From Aureliella sp. (GTDB lineage Bacteria; Planctomycetota; Planctomycetia; Pirellulales; Pirellulaceae): a stretch of 64,000 nucleotides of DNA. Made by a program: the position numbers and the translations under genes. A model generated the notes under the pieces. It made no database searches. It was not told the origin of the DNA and saw only the letters and a program-made list of their open reading frames with translations. Below, piece by piece: positions 9,829 through 20,497 of the stretch (its first letter is position 1; each line of letters opens with the position of its first letter). The stretch is taken from assembly GCA_963691875.1 (NCBI GenBank), contig OY829846.1, positions 1,760,001-1,824,000 of the forward strand, written 5' to 3'.

Positions 9829-11613
9829 GTGACCGCAAAGTACGTTATCGGAATTGACCTTGGCACGACAAACTCTGTGCTTGCTTTCGCAGAGTTGGGC
9901 GATGAAGCTGCCGAAGTCGAATTGTTGCAAATCCCACAATTGGTCGACGAACACACACTGGAAGAGCGTAGCGCTCTTGCTTCTTTCGCTTTCCTTTCAG
10001 TGGGTGAACCAAGAGGTGCTTTAGACACACCCTGGGCCGAAGATCGCGACTTTTGCATAGGCGAGTATGCTCGACGCAACGCGGCAGAGAATGCGGATCG
10101 CACCATCAGTGCCGCCAAGAGCTGGCTCTCTCACAGCGGCGTCGATCGACGGGCTCCTATCTTGCCGTGGCAGACGCCAGCTAAGGTAGAAAAGCTATCT
10201 CCCGTTGCAGCTTCACAACTCTACTTGGAACATCTTGTTGCATCCTGGGACGCTGCTCAGCCGGATCATCCCTTAAATCAGCAGCAGGTTGTGTTGACGG
10301 TGCCTGCTTCGTTTGATGCCGTCGCGCGTGAACTTACGCGTGAGGCAGCCATAGCTGCCGGACTTCCGGATCACTTGGTATTGCTAGAAGAACCGCAAGC
10401 AGCAGTTTATGCCTGGTTGGCTCAGTCTGGCGATACTTGGCGCGACTCGCTTTCGGTCGGCGACCAACTGCTCGTCTGCGATATAGGTGGAGGCACCACG
10501 GACCTGACGCTGATTGCAATCGATGAGGTGGAAGGCGAACTTCTGCTCAGGCGACAAGCGGTTGGCAACCACCTGCTGGTCGGTGGCGACAACATGGACT
10601 TGACTTTGGCCCATCAAGTTTCGGAGCAGTTCGCTGAGAAGGGCACGAAGCTCGATCCCTGGCAATCCGTTTCACTATGGCATTCATGCCGTGCTGCAAA
10701 AGAAACGCTCCTTGCTCCTGATGGCCCTGAGAAACACACGATTTCCGTCCTCGGGCGCGGCAGCAAGCTAATTGGCGGTACAGTATCGGTTGAAGTGGAT
10801 CGAGCAAGTGTCGGTCAGCTGATGGTCGATGGCTTCCTTCCGGAATGCAATCTAGACGATTCTCCGGTGCGTCAAAGAGCGTCCGGTTTCCAGCAGCTTG
10901 GCCTACCTTTTGAGTCCGACACCGGAGTAACCCGACATGTCGCTGCGTTCCTTTCCTCGCAAGTCGATGGAGAGGTGCCGCAGCCAACCCACGTACTCTT
11001 CAATGGTGGTGTTTTCAAAGCCGAAGTGCTTCAGCAGCGTTTTGTTGAAGTATTGAATAGCTGGTTTGCTGGTGGTGAAACGAACCCTCTGCCTGGGACT
11101 CGCGATCTGGACCATGCCGTTGCCATCGGGGCAGCCCACTACGGCCGAGTCAAGCAGCAAGGAGGGATTAGAATTCGAGGCGGAGTCGCCCATGCATATT
11201 ACGTTGGAATTGAAACGGCGGGGCTTGCTATCCCAGGTGCGCCTAGGCCGTTGAACGCTTTGTGCGTCGTTCCGATTGGAATGGAAGAGGGAACGGAGGT
11301 CGACGTCCCATCGGGCGAGATCGGATTGGTGCACGGAGAACAAGCACAATTTCGTTTTTTCAGCTCCGCAATTCGAAAAGAAGACCAACCGGGCGCCTTG
11401 CTGCAGCAGTGGGATGAATCTGACTTGGCTGAGACGACTGCGCTAACCGCAACTTTAGAAGCCGATGAAGCAATAACAGAGCCCTACGTTCCGGTGCGTT
11501 TTCAATCGCGAATCACGGAACTAGGAATGTTTGAACTTTGGTGCATCGCAGTCCAAGGGGAGGGCAGTTGGAAATTGGAGTTCAACGTAAGAGACGGCGT
11601 CGAGGAATCATAA
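9829..11613 (+). CDS. Hsp70 family (DnaK-related) protein, short form
   Basis: IGIDLGTTNS, LTVPASFD, LEEPQAA, CDIGGGTTD, GGDNMD. Confidence 0.92.
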   Translation: MTAKYVIGIDLGTTNSVLAFAELGDEAAEVELLQIPQLVDEHTLEERSALASFAFLSVGEPRGALDTPWAEDRDFCIGEYARRNAAENADRTISAAKSWLSHSGVDRRAPILPWQTPAKVEKLSPVAASQLYLEHLVASWDAAQPDHPLNQQQVVLTVPASFDAVARELTREAAIAAGLPDHLVLLEEPQAAVYAWLAQSGDTWRDSLSVGDQLLVCDIGGGTTDLTLIAIDEVEGELLLRRQAVGNHLLVGGDNMDLTLAHQVSEQFAEKGTKLDPWQSVSLWHSCRAAKETLLAPDGPEKHTISVLGRGSKLIGGTVSVEVDRASVGQLMVDGFLPECNLDDSPVRQRASGFQQLGLPFESDTGVTRHVAAFLSSQVDGEVPQPTHVLFNGGVFKAEVLQQRFVEVLNSWFAGGETNPLPGTRDLDHAVAIGAAHYGRVKQQGGIRIRGGVAHAYYVGIETAGLAIPGAPRPLNALCVVPIGMEEGTEVDVPSGEIGLVHGEQAQFRFFSSAIRKEDQPGALLQQWDESDLAETTALTATLEADEAITEPYVPVRFQSRITELGMFELWCIAVQGEGSWKLEFNVRDGVEES

Positions 11614-11614
11614 C

Positions 11615-14515
11615 GTGACTGATTCTGCTGAGTCCTTCGATCCGCTTCTCGATAAGCCACCAGCCCGCTACGTGATTGGCATCGACCTGGGCACCACCAA
11701 TTCCGCCGTCACCTACATCGACACAACAGAAACACCGTGGCAAGTTCGTTTGCTCAATATGCCACAGCTGACGGCCCCCAACTCCGTCGAATCTCGTGAT
11801 ACGCTTCCCTCCTTTCATTTTCAGCCTTTGCCTCAGCAGGTGGAAGGAGACGCTCTGAAGCTGCCTTGGCATTCCGAGAAGCAGGATTGGTGTGTCGGTT
11901 TCATGGCACGCGACGAGGGCGTCAAGTCACCAGGACGCCTCAGCGCCTCAGCGAAATCTTGGCTTTGCCATTCAGGCGTCAATCGTGAAGCCAAGTTGTT
12001 GCCCTGGCAAGCCTCGGATGGTGTAGAAAAGCTCTCCCCCGTCGAAGTCAGCTCGCGTTTGTTAGCTCACATTCGTGACACGTGGAATCATCGGTTCAAG
12101 AGGGAGAAACTGGAAGAGCAGGATGTAGTGATCACCCTCCCTGCATCCTTCGACGAAGTTGCGAGAGAACTGACGGTTCAGGCAGCTGCAGCAGCGGGCC
12201 TTCATAACATCGTATTGATCGAGGAGCCTCAGGCAGCTTTCTATGCCTGGGTGTACAAACACGATGCAGATTGGTTTGATCGAGTGGAAGCTGGTCACAA
12301 CATTTTGGTCTGCGATATCGGCGGTGGTACTTCCGACTTCACCCTGATCAAAGTGCGTCAGTCAGCGGCCCAGGGTCAAGAAGCTGAATCAAAAGAAACA
12401 GCAGAAAGGTATCGCGCGAGGCAACGCGTTCAGTTTCATCGCGTTGCGGTGGGCGAGCATTTGATCCTAGGCGGCGACAATCTCGATCTGGCGCTGGCCC
12501 ATCACATGGAGCAAAAGATCGCTCAAGGAAAGAACCTCACTCCGCAACAATGGGACGTTCTAGTTCGAAGCTGCCGACGTGTCAAAGAAACGCTGCTCGG
12601 TGAGGATGCACCCGAAAAGATCACAGTCAATTTGCCTGGTTCTGGCTCAAAGTTGATCGGCCGCGGTTTGCAGGCTGAGATTACTCGTGAAGAGGCAGAA
12701 AAACTTCTCGTTGATGGATTCTTGCCTCCAGCACAAGTCACCGATCGGCCGAGTAGCGGACAATCCGGTTTTCGCGAGTTCGGCCTACCCTTCGCCAGTG
12801 ATCCGGCCATCACCAAGCACCTCGCCGCCTTCCTTGGTGCCCATGGGGACAAAGTCGCTGAGGATGGCGATCCAGAGTCCTTTGCTGCGCGGCCTGATGT
12901 GATTCTCTTCAATGGAGGGTTCTTCGCCTCGGAACTGCTTCAGAAGCGGCTGCTCGGGGTCATGAGTTCGTGGTTCGGGGGAGACAAAGAGAACTACGAG
13001 CCAACCATTCTAGACAACGACCGACTTGACTTAGCAGTTGCTCGCGGAGCTGCTTATTACGGCATGGTGCGTCGGGGCGAAGGTGTCAAGATCGCCGCAA
13101 GTCTGGCTCGTAGCTACTATGTCGAAGTAGAAGCGAGCGATGGACAGACTCAAGCAATTTGCCTTGTGCCTGGCAGCACAGAGCCAGGGCAAGACATTCA
13201 TCTTGACGAGCTAAAGCTTGAGCTGACAGTTTCCGAACCAGTCGAGTTCTCCCTGCATGTCTCGAGCACGCGTTTGGTCGACAAGGCGGGCGACATCGTT
13301 GAGGTGAATCTGGAGCAGATGAAGGCGTTGCCGCCAATTCGAACCGTTTTGCGAACCGATCGTCGGAATCAAACCGGCAAGATACCGGTAACGCTACACG
13401 CTCACCTGAGCGAAATTGGTACTATTGATCTTTGGTGCCAAGGTGTGGAATCGGACCATCGCTGGCGTTTGCAGTTTGACGTCCGTTCCACGACAGAGAC
13501 GGACCGGGAAGCTTACGTTTCAGCTGCGGAAGACGAAGGTTTTGTCGACGAGGGAACTTGGCAGTCCTGCGAGTCGGTAATTGAGAGTGTCTTCAGTGAA
13601 ACTGGCGATGAGAAGCCTTCTAAAATGATTCGGCGGCTCACAGAAACGCTGGGCAGTGGCAAGCTGGACTGGCCCACTTCCCTCCTTCGCCGCATTTGGG
13701 AAAAACTACTCAGTATGCAGGATGGTCGTCGCCGGAGCCCCGCGCACGAAGCGCGATGGCTGAATCTACTCGGATTCGCGCTCCGGCCCGGCTACGGTCT
13801 GGCCGTCGACGACTGGCGAGTCGCGGAGACCTGGCGTCATGTGAACAAGAAACTGGCACACGCTGGAGCTAGCAAGTCAGAGGCTTTGATTTTATGGAGA
13901 CGCATTGCCGGTGGATTATCAGCTGGCCAGCAATCTGCGCTGGCCGATCCGATGATCTCCTCGCTGCGAGCTGCCCACAGCATTCTTATTCATAATCGGC
14001 AGTCGCGTGGTGAGCCCACGTATCCGATGCATGATTCGGAAGAAGCGTGGCGTTTGCTGGGCTCTTTGGAAAACTTGGAAGCTGACACCAAGTGGCAGGT
14101 TGGAAAAATGCTGCTCGATCTTTATCCGAAGCGTCGATATGAAAAGATGCGAGGAGCAATGCTCTGGTGTCTCGGACGACTCGGCGGGCGTCAGCCACTT
14201 TATGGGCCGCTGAACAATGTCGTGTCCTCGGACATTGCAAAGCAATGGTGTCAGGCAATTATTGGGTTTGACAACAAAGACCAGATGCACCGTGCAACGG
14301 AGCAGCTGACCATGATGCAACTCGCGAGGAAGACCGACGACCGTTATCGAGATCTGGAGGAATCCGCTCGACACAATGTTGTAGAATGGCTCAAAGCGAG
14401 CGGTGCTCTAGAGAGATACGTTGAGCTTGCCGAGTCAGGCGGTGAGCTGCAAGACGACGAAACGGCCAGTATCTTTGGAGAAGCCTTGCCCAAGGGGTTT
14501 CGCATTCAAGTCTAA
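11615..14515 (+). CDS. Hsp70 family (DnaK-related) protein with a C-terminal DUF3731-like helical extension
   Basis: Same Hsp70 NBD motifs; C-terminal RRRSPAHEARWLNLLGFALRPGYG...WCLGRLGGRQPLYG...FGEALPKGF. Confidence 0.92.
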   Translation: MTDSAESFDPLLDKPPARYVIGIDLGTTNSAVTYIDTTETPWQVRLLNMPQLTAPNSVESRDTLPSFHFQPLPQQVEGDALKLPWHSEKQDWCVGFMARDEGVKSPGRLSASAKSWLCHSGVNREAKLLPWQASDGVEKLSPVEVSSRLLAHIRDTWNHRFKREKLEEQDVVITLPASFDEVARELTVQAAAAAGLHNIVLIEEPQAAFYAWVYKHDADWFDRVEAGHNILVCDIGGGTSDFTLIKVRQSAAQGQEAESKETAERYRARQRVQFHRVAVGEHLILGGDNLDLALAHHMEQKIAQGKNLTPQQWDVLVRSCRRVKETLLGEDAPEKITVNLPGSGSKLIGRGLQAEITREEAEKLLVDGFLPPAQVTDRPSSGQSGFREFGLPFASDPAITKHLAAFLGAHGDKVAEDGDPESFAARPDVILFNGGFFASELLQKRLLGVMSSWFGGDKENYEPTILDNDRLDLAVARGAAYYGMVRRGEGVKIAASLARSYYVEVEASDGQTQAICLVPGSTEPGQDIHLDELKLELTVSEPVEFSLHVSSTRLVDKAGDIVEVNLEQMKALPPIRTVLRTDRRNQTGKIPVTLHAHLSEIGTIDLWCQGVESDHRWRLQFDVRSTTETDREAYVSAAEDEGFVDEGTWQSCESVIESVFSETGDEKPSKMIRRLTETLGSGKLDWPTSLLRRIWEKLLSMQDGRRRSPAHEARWLNLLGFALRPGYGLAVDDWRVAETWRHVNKKLAHAGASKSEALILWRRIAGGLSAGQQSALADPMISSLRAAHSILIHNRQSRGEPTYPMHDSEEAWRLLGSLENLEADTKWQVGKMLLDLYPKRRYEKMRGAMLWCLGRLGGRQPLYGPLNNVVSSDIAKQWCQAIIGFDNKDQMHRATEQLTMMQLARKTDDRYRDLEESARHNVVEWLKASGALERYVELAESGGELQDDETASIFGEALPKGFRIQV

Positions 14516-14542
14516 AGCCGTTCAACTCGTCATGAGATTCAA

Positions 14543-14989
14543 GTGGAAATTCCTGAGAATCCATTCGATCCGCCAGCCTCATTGGATGACGAAAGTCCCG
14601 AAGAAAGAGCGAAGCGGCTTGTTTCCAAACCGGCTATCGCGCTCATCGTTTTATCTTCCGCTCACGCGGTTTTCGACACGATTGGATTGGTGAATTTCGT
14701 TTTCTTGGTCATCCAGAGACATCCATTCTCCACGCCAGAAGTGATCAACTATATTTTGCTTGCCATGCATTCCAGCAGCATGATCGTGATCTCCAACGGC
14801 GGCGCCCAACTTGGCTATCTCAAGTCGCGTCGCTGGGCCAGAGTCGGAGCACTGCTCGCATGTGTCCCCATGCTGACGCCATTCCTCATTCTTGGAGTTC
14901 CTTTTGGAATCTGGTCTCTGATGTTGCTCGGCGATGAGAGGATTGAAGCAGCATGGATGTGCCGCAAAAATAGAGCTGAGGCTCTTTAG
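14543..14989 (+). CDS. Hypothetical membrane protein
   Basis: N-terminal NPF-PP motif and 3-4 hydrophobic segments; follows the Hsp70 pair. Confidence 0.7.
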   Translation: MEIPENPFDPPASLDDESPEERAKRLVSKPAIALIVLSSAHAVFDTIGLVNFVFLVIQRHPFSTPEVINYILLAMHSSSMIVISNGGAQLGYLKSRRWARVGALLACVPMLTPFLILGVPFGIWSLMLLGDERIEAAWMCRKNRAEAL

Positions 14990-15143
14990 ATAGTCGGTGA
15001 GCGGCACGGCGCACACACTTTTTTGTACGTTATCGCCGTGTCACATTAGTGAGCCGTATCGCCGTGAGTCGTCGGGGCCATCGTGTGGGCATTCCGCAAC
15101 AGTTCGGACCTAAGCACTCAGAGACTAGCCTTCATCGCGATTG

Positions 15144-15962
15144 CTAATCTTGGACTTTCTCAAGCAATCGACCTGGGCTGCCCATCATATGGTAGCCGCC
15201 GTCGACATGTAGGATTTCGCCCGAGACGCCATTGCTTAGGTCGCTCAGCAAAAATGCGCCCGTTCGACCAACTTCCTCATGGCTTACGTTTCGGCCCAAC
15301 GGTGCCATGTGCTCATAGAGTTTCAGCATCTCATCAACGCCAGCTGCGCGGCCAGCTAAAGTTCGCATTGGTCCGGCGCTGAGTGCGTTCACTCGAACAC
15401 CTTTGGCTCCCAAGTCATATGCAAGGTAACGAACCGATGCTTCCAGTGCGGCTTTGCAGATCCCCATAACGTTATAGCCTGGAACGCACTTCTCTCCACC
15501 AAAGTAGCTCATGGCTGCCACAGAGGCATGCTCATTGAAGATATCCTTGGCGGCATTGCAAACGGCGATCAAGCTGTACGCACTGATATCCATCGCGAGC
15601 TTGAAGCCATCGCGACTCGTTTCGATTGTATCCCGCGAAAGGTCGGCACGATCGGCAAAAGCAATGGAATGCAACAAGAAATCGATCTTGCCAAACTCCT
15701 GCGCAGTGGTGTCAATCACAGACTTGATATTCTCATCATTCTGCACATTGAGAGGCACCAGAAACTTTGCGTTGTCATACTGATCCGTCAGCTTGCTGAC
15801 ACGCATACGGTTCTTTTTTCTTTCCGCATCTTCTGGATCGGGCAGGTGCGTGAAGCCGCATTCGCCACCATTTTCGAGGATGAATTTGGAGATCGCCCAT
15901 GCGATCGAGTTCTCATTGGCTACGCCAAGAATCAGGCCTTTTTTTCCGGCAAAAATTGACAT
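15144..15962 (-). CDS. fabI: Enoyl-ACP reductase (NADH)
   Basis: GKKGLILGVANENSIAWAI, LLHSIAFA, YNVMGICKAALEASVRYLA, VNALSAGP, HVDGG. Confidence 0.96.
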   Translation of the reverse strand: MSIFAGKKGLILGVANENSIAWAISKFILENGGECGFTHLPDPEDAERKKNRMRVSKLTDQYDNAKFLVPLNVQNDENIKSVIDTTAQEFGKIDFLLHSIAFADRADLSRDTIETSRDGFKLAMDISAYSLIAVCNAAKDIFNEHASVAAMSYFGGEKCVPGYNVMGICKAALEASVRYLAYDLGAKGVRVNALSAGPMRTLAGRAAGVDEMLKLYEHMAPLGRNVSHEEVGRTGAFLLSDLSNGVSGEILHVDGGYHMMGSPGRLLEKVQD

Positions 15963-16208
15963 CTTTGTGTGGGTCCAACTGCAAAGGAATTCTCAACATC
16001 TCGGCGTGATTCATTGCCGAGGATCGGGTGAACGGATCGTGAATCCGCTTACTACCCTGGGAAGGTAGGGCAGCAAAAAGTTCTACAAAGCAGATAAGCT
16101 TGAATACTTAGACGCCAAGGTCTGTCGAGCTTGACGCCCCATTCTCGCGTACCGCTTCACCCCAGAGTGACTAGGGACCTACCGAACAGGAGGAAGAATG
16201 TAACAGCA

Positions 16209-17576
16209 CTAGCTCACTTTAGGGATATCAAATCCTGCTCGACGCTTTCTCGCGAAGAAAGTTGCTGCCTCCTCGTCGCCCAAAATCTTTTCTTGCTCGG
16301 CATCCCAGCGGATTTCGCGTCCCAGACGTGCAGCGATCACACTGAGGTGGCACGTCGCCATGGCCTGGACGTGTGTAAAAACGTCCGAAATGGGCAAGCC
16401 ACCTTCACGCAAGCAGCGATAGAAGTTGTCCTTGTGCCCTTCTGGTTGCTTACCCTTATAGAGTTCGGTTAGCTCCGGTTCCCCAAATGCACCTTTGTCC
16501 CAGTTTTCCTCGATAGGTTTGCCGGTAATCTTGCCGCGATTGACAAAGAGCCGTCCCTTTGTGCCGGTGAACAAAATCCCATTGTCGCCACGGCTCGTCA
16601 CATCCATTTGAATGCCATTAGCAAACTTGCAAATGACATTGAAGTCGTGCGAAGAATTGTAGCTATCATCGCGGGTCGCATATCCCTGTTCGTAAGGCAC
16701 AGGATGCTTGGCGTCTGTTCCATCTATGGTCACAGGGCCCATTCCTTCTCCGTTCATGCCGATAGCCCAAGTGGCGATGTCGACGTGGTGCGCTCCCCAG
16801 TCTGTAAACTTGCCGCCTGAATACTCGTACCACCAGCGGAAGTTTCCGTGACAACGCTGCGGGATGTAATCCACCATCGGTGCCTGCCCTAACCAGTTGT
16901 TCCAATCCAAGTTGGCGGGTGCAGGTTGTTTCTTAAACGGTCCGCCTACACTGCCACCGTTAATACCGACCTGAATATGTTGAATCTCGCCCAGGAAGCC
17001 TTTCTGCACCATATTTACAGCACGGAGGAACTTTCTTCGGTCACTTCTCTGCTGCGTTCCGACGAAAAACACCTTGTCATTGTGCTTCTTGCAAGCGTTG
17101 CGAATAAGCTGGTTTTCTTCAAGCGTCAAGGTCAACGGTTTCTGACAAAAGACGTGCTTACCTGCTTCTAGTGCTTCGATCGCAATCTTAACATGCCAGT
17201 GATCCGGAGTTACGACGCTGACGATGTCGATATCCTCCCGATCCAAAACTCTTCGGTAGTCGCTATATACATCCGCTTTTCCACCACCGATCCGCTCATC
17301 TTTGTTGGCTCGCTCGGCATGATTACGGTCCACGTCACAGCATGCAACAATATCTGCGAATCGTTTGTGGGCTCGTGCATCGCCGGACCCCATTCCGCCA
17401 AGTCCGATACAGCCAACGCGTGGGCGATCATTGGCTGACTGGTTGGCAAAGGCCGGCGTGGACCAAGCGAAGTAAGGGATGGCCGAAGCCGCCGCTACCG
17501 TTCCACTCGCCTGGGCGAGAAACTTCCTTCGGTGCGGTGCGTTATCCTGCTTTGCGGCTTGATTCTGGTCGGACAT
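16209..17576 (-). CDS. Gfo/Idh/MocA family oxidoreductase with a Tat signal
   Basis: RRKFL Tat motif, IGLGGMG, TPDHWH, CQKP, DWGAHHVD. Confidence 0.92.
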   Translation of the reverse strand: MSDQNQAAKQDNAPHRRKFLAQASGTVAAASAIPYFAWSTPAFANQSANDRPRVGCIGLGGMGSGDARAHKRFADIVACCDVDRNHAERANKDERIGGGKADVYSDYRRVLDREDIDIVSVVTPDHWHVKIAIEALEAGKHVFCQKPLTLTLEENQLIRNACKKHNDKVFFVGTQQRSDRRKFLRAVNMVQKGFLGEIQHIQVGINGGSVGGPFKKQPAPANLDWNNWLGQAPMVDYIPQRCHGNFRWWYEYSGGKFTDWGAHHVDIATWAIGMNGEGMGPVTIDGTDAKHPVPYEQGYATRDDSYNSSHDFNVICKFANGIQMDVTSRGDNGILFTGTKGRLFVNRGKITGKPIEENWDKGAFGEPELTELYKGKQPEGHKDNFYRCLREGGLPISDVFTHVQAMATCHLSVIAARLGREIRWDAEQEKILGDEEAATFFARKRRAGFDIPKVS

Positions 17577-17683
17577 GGAAAGGATCTCCTTGGGAGAAAA
17601 GTGTTTGGGTTGGGTATTCCTATCTTAGGTGCGGGGTAACGGTCGTTCCATCTAAGGGATTCGACGCTTCACCGCCGAATTGG

Positions 17684-20170
17684 CTAGTGGGGCTTGGGGG
17701 AATCGTCAATCAATCGCGGCCCGAAACCCTCGCGAAGAAGATAACTTCGGTTAACCACCGGAGACTCGAAGCTATCTTGATTACCATTTGGCCAAGTTAC
17801 CTTCACTTCGTCTACCAAGTCGACGGAGCCGAGGCCAAACCTGAGTAGCTTTTCATTGCTGGACATGTAGCCGCTCCCTGCAGTCCGGAGACCAGTCTTT
17901 GTTTTTCCGTTTGTGACGATGTCTATTTTGGCCCCAATGGCATCGCGATCCGTGGTCGAACCGACAAACTGGAACGCTATCCAATTGCCTACCTCGGAGG
18001 AGCGATTGGTTACCAATGAGGCTCTTGTATTGAGTTCGGAAACGACAAAGTCATCGAGTCCATCGCGGTTCCAATCCAGCACGGCCAAGCCTCGGCCTCG
18101 CACGGCATCGCCGAGCCGAGCGACAACAAGGCCAAGCCCCTTGGCTTCTGTCTGTCGCCCAAGTAGACCTGCTTTCTCTGAAACATCTACAAAAGTTCCG
18201 TCACCTTTGTTTAACCAGAGACGGTCATCGACGCCATCGTAGGCGAGCGGTCCACAATTTTTCCCGATGCTGTCGCACAGCACAGCGCGATCAAGCGGAA
18301 CATCGAGATAGTTCACATCAAAAATGTCAGGCAGGCCGTCCGCATTCAAGTCTGCGATCGCAGCACTACTCGTCCATACACCCGGGCTTGCAGACCAAGG
18401 GCCGGGCATCTCAGAAAAAGTCCCGTCACCATTGTTGCGGTAAAGCTTGTTGGGCCCGATGTTCGCGACATACAAATCCGAAAAACCATCATTGTCGAAG
18501 TCACCTACGCTGCAGCCTTGGCTAAATTTCATATCCGCGACATCCGCCTGGAACGAAACCTCTTCAAACATTTCACCCCCGACACTGCGGTACAACGTAT
18601 TGTGGAAACCAGGCTTCTCGGGAGTCCCCGGTAGATTTCCACCTTGAGGAAAATAGATTTCTGGCCATCCATCGTTGTCAAAGTCAACCACACCGACTCC
18701 GCCACCCGTCTGATGCATGATCGAAGGCTGGTCTTGCTCAGATCGGTCGTCGAGAAAGCGAAAGTCGATTCCTGTCGCTTCAGATTCATCTGTAAGCGTA
18801 GGGAACTCAGCGGCTACAAGCACAGTTTCGGTGACTTGTGATTCAGACTGTTTCCAAACAACCTGCGGCAACGATTGTTGCCTTGGCAAGTCTACAAGAA
18901 ATTGGTGCAACTGCTCGGCTTGCATTTGTACTTCGTTCTTTGACGCCTCCTGCAACTGCCGCAATTGGCGAACTCGAGCACGGGCGTTGGGATTCGTGGT
19001 TTGTTTTTCAAGTTCCGCAATCCACATTTCGAATTCATACGGACGATTCAATCTCCACGTTGTCTCTGCCGCCGCCCCCAAATGTTGTACTGACTCAGGA
19101 GCCCGATACAGCTCATCGGTGGCGGAATGTAACAGCGTGAGGTGGTCAACTCGCTCGTAAAGATAGTCTACCTGCTCGGAGAAGCGTCCTGGAAAGCCGC
19201 GTTTCATGAATGATGCCAAGTAGTAGCAAGCACCTCGATGATCTGGATTGAGCTGAACGGCCATGCTCATGCAGCGAATTGCAGCAGGCAACTGGTTTTC
19301 GTGATCCGCCCAGAGTCCCTTGACATACCAAATGTCAGGATGACTCTCGGCATTTTTGGGAAGTTGCGATTGCCATTCAATCAGCGCAGTGAAATCCGTC
19401 CGAACAAGTGCTTTTCCGACCCAAGCGTGGCCAGAAACGAGAGCCGGATGAGCTTTTCTGACTTTTTGCATCAATGGCAAAGCAACTTGAGTATTTCCTG
19501 TTCCAAATTGCATTGCAGCGAAGGCCAGCATTTGCAAAGGTTCGTTTGGAACTGCATCTCCCCAGATTGCGAGCAAGGCGTCATCGGCGATTGTTGGGTT
19601 CAGCAGGCCGAGTAGCAAAGCGTGTTGCTGTTTCGCTCGCTTGTCCTCTACTAGCTTTTCCAGCAATCCCTTCATTTCCCACACGCGTCCCTGCGCAGCG
19701 AGGATGTGGGCGAGTAGAGCACGTGCTTCATGCTGATTCGCATTGTTTTTAATGGCCCCTTTCCAACATTCCTCGGCAACTTCGCAGTGCCCCATCTCAA
19801 TACAGATATTTCCAGCTTCGAGCAAGAAATCGGAAAGCTCGCCTTGTGGGGTCACCAAGAAATCGGGATAGCCGGACTGCTGCGCAGCTTCAATAGATGA
19901 CAGAGATTTATAACGCTCCAATGTCTGGTCGTACTCGCCGGTGCGGATGCTGGTGATCGCTAGTAGTTGGTGAATGGCAGTTGACTCTGGATAGTCACGA
20001 AGTAGCTCATTCGCCACTTGCTGCGTTTGAGTATGGTTCCCCTTCGTGGCTGCATCCATGGCTTCGGTCCAACGCAATTGAGCGTTAGTCGGGATCAGCT
20101 GCCAAATACCAACTCCGGCGGCAATGAGCACCAGAAAGACAACAACTAGAAATATACGATTATTCACCAA
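17684..20170 (-). CDS. TPR + FG-GAP repeat + ASPIC/UnbV (CRTAC1-like) protein, apparently with an internal in-frame deletion
   Basis: N-terminal TM and TPRs; DFDNDG, DLNADG and DWNRDG repeats; RDAIGA...GSGYMS...FGLG...VTWPNG. Confidence 0.88.
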   Translation of the reverse strand: MVNNRIFLVVVFLVLIAAGVGIWQLIPTNAQLRWTEAMDAATKGNHTQTQQVANELLRDYPESTAIHQLLAITSIRTGEYDQTLERYKSLSSIEAAQQSGYPDFLVTPQGELSDFLLEAGNICIEMGHCEVAEECWKGAIKNNANQHEARALLAHILAAQGRVWEMKGLLEKLVEDKRAKQQHALLLGLLNPTIADDALLAIWGDAVPNEPLQMLAFAAMQFGTGNTQVALPLMQKVRKAHPALVSGHAWVGKALVRTDFTALIEWQSQLPKNAESHPDIWYVKGLWADHENQLPAAIRCMSMAVQLNPDHRGACYYLASFMKRGFPGRFSEQVDYLYERVDHLTLLHSATDELYRAPESVQHLGAAAETTWRLNRPYEFEMWIAELEKQTTNPNARARVRQLRQLQEASKNEVQMQAEQLHQFLVDLPRQQSLPQVVWKQSESQVTETVLVAAEFPTLTDESEATGIDFRFLDDRSEQDQPSIMHQTGGGVGVVDFDNDGWPEIYFPQGGNLPGTPEKPGFHNTLYRSVGGEMFEEVSFQADVADMKFSQGCSVGDFDNDGFSDLYVANIGPNKLYRNNGDGTFSEMPGPWSASPGVWTSSAAIADLNADGLPDIFDVNYLDVPLDRAVLCDSIGKNCGPLAYDGVDDRLWLNKGDGTFVDVSEKAGLLGRQTEAKGLGLVVARLGDAVRGRGLAVLDWNRDGLDDFVVSELNTRASLVTNRSSEVGNWIAFQFVGSTTDRDAIGAKIDIVTNGKTKTGLRTAGSGYMSSNEKLLRFGLGSVDLVDEVKVTWPNGNQDSFESPVVNRSYLLREGFGPRLIDDSPKPH

Positions 20171-20497
20171 AATGCCCTATTGGCTGCTTTGATTTACTTT
20201 GCGCGTCTTAGAGTTTAGCATCTTCCCATTCTGTTCATGAGCCACCCTCTTGGGGCTATCGTTTGGCCTGCCATTGTTCGAAAATGGTGAAGAGAACGGA
20301 ACGTGCAAATGTGGTGATTCCTCCAACGGGAGATTCAAGAAAATGTCCGTCCCAGACTCGGCGTAAAACGCGTGGTTCATCATTCGGAGGATTAGGAGTA
20401 AACTGCGCCCCGAGGGCGAATTTCGCTTAGCACTGTGTTGCCGTAGCCTAATCTTAGCACAGCAAATTCTAAATCATTCAACCGATTGGACCCGGAA

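Noticed and set aside
14995..15130. Possible REP-like element between convergent genes (TATCGCCGTG twice)
   Set aside because: Degenerate, with no second copy recognised in the window.
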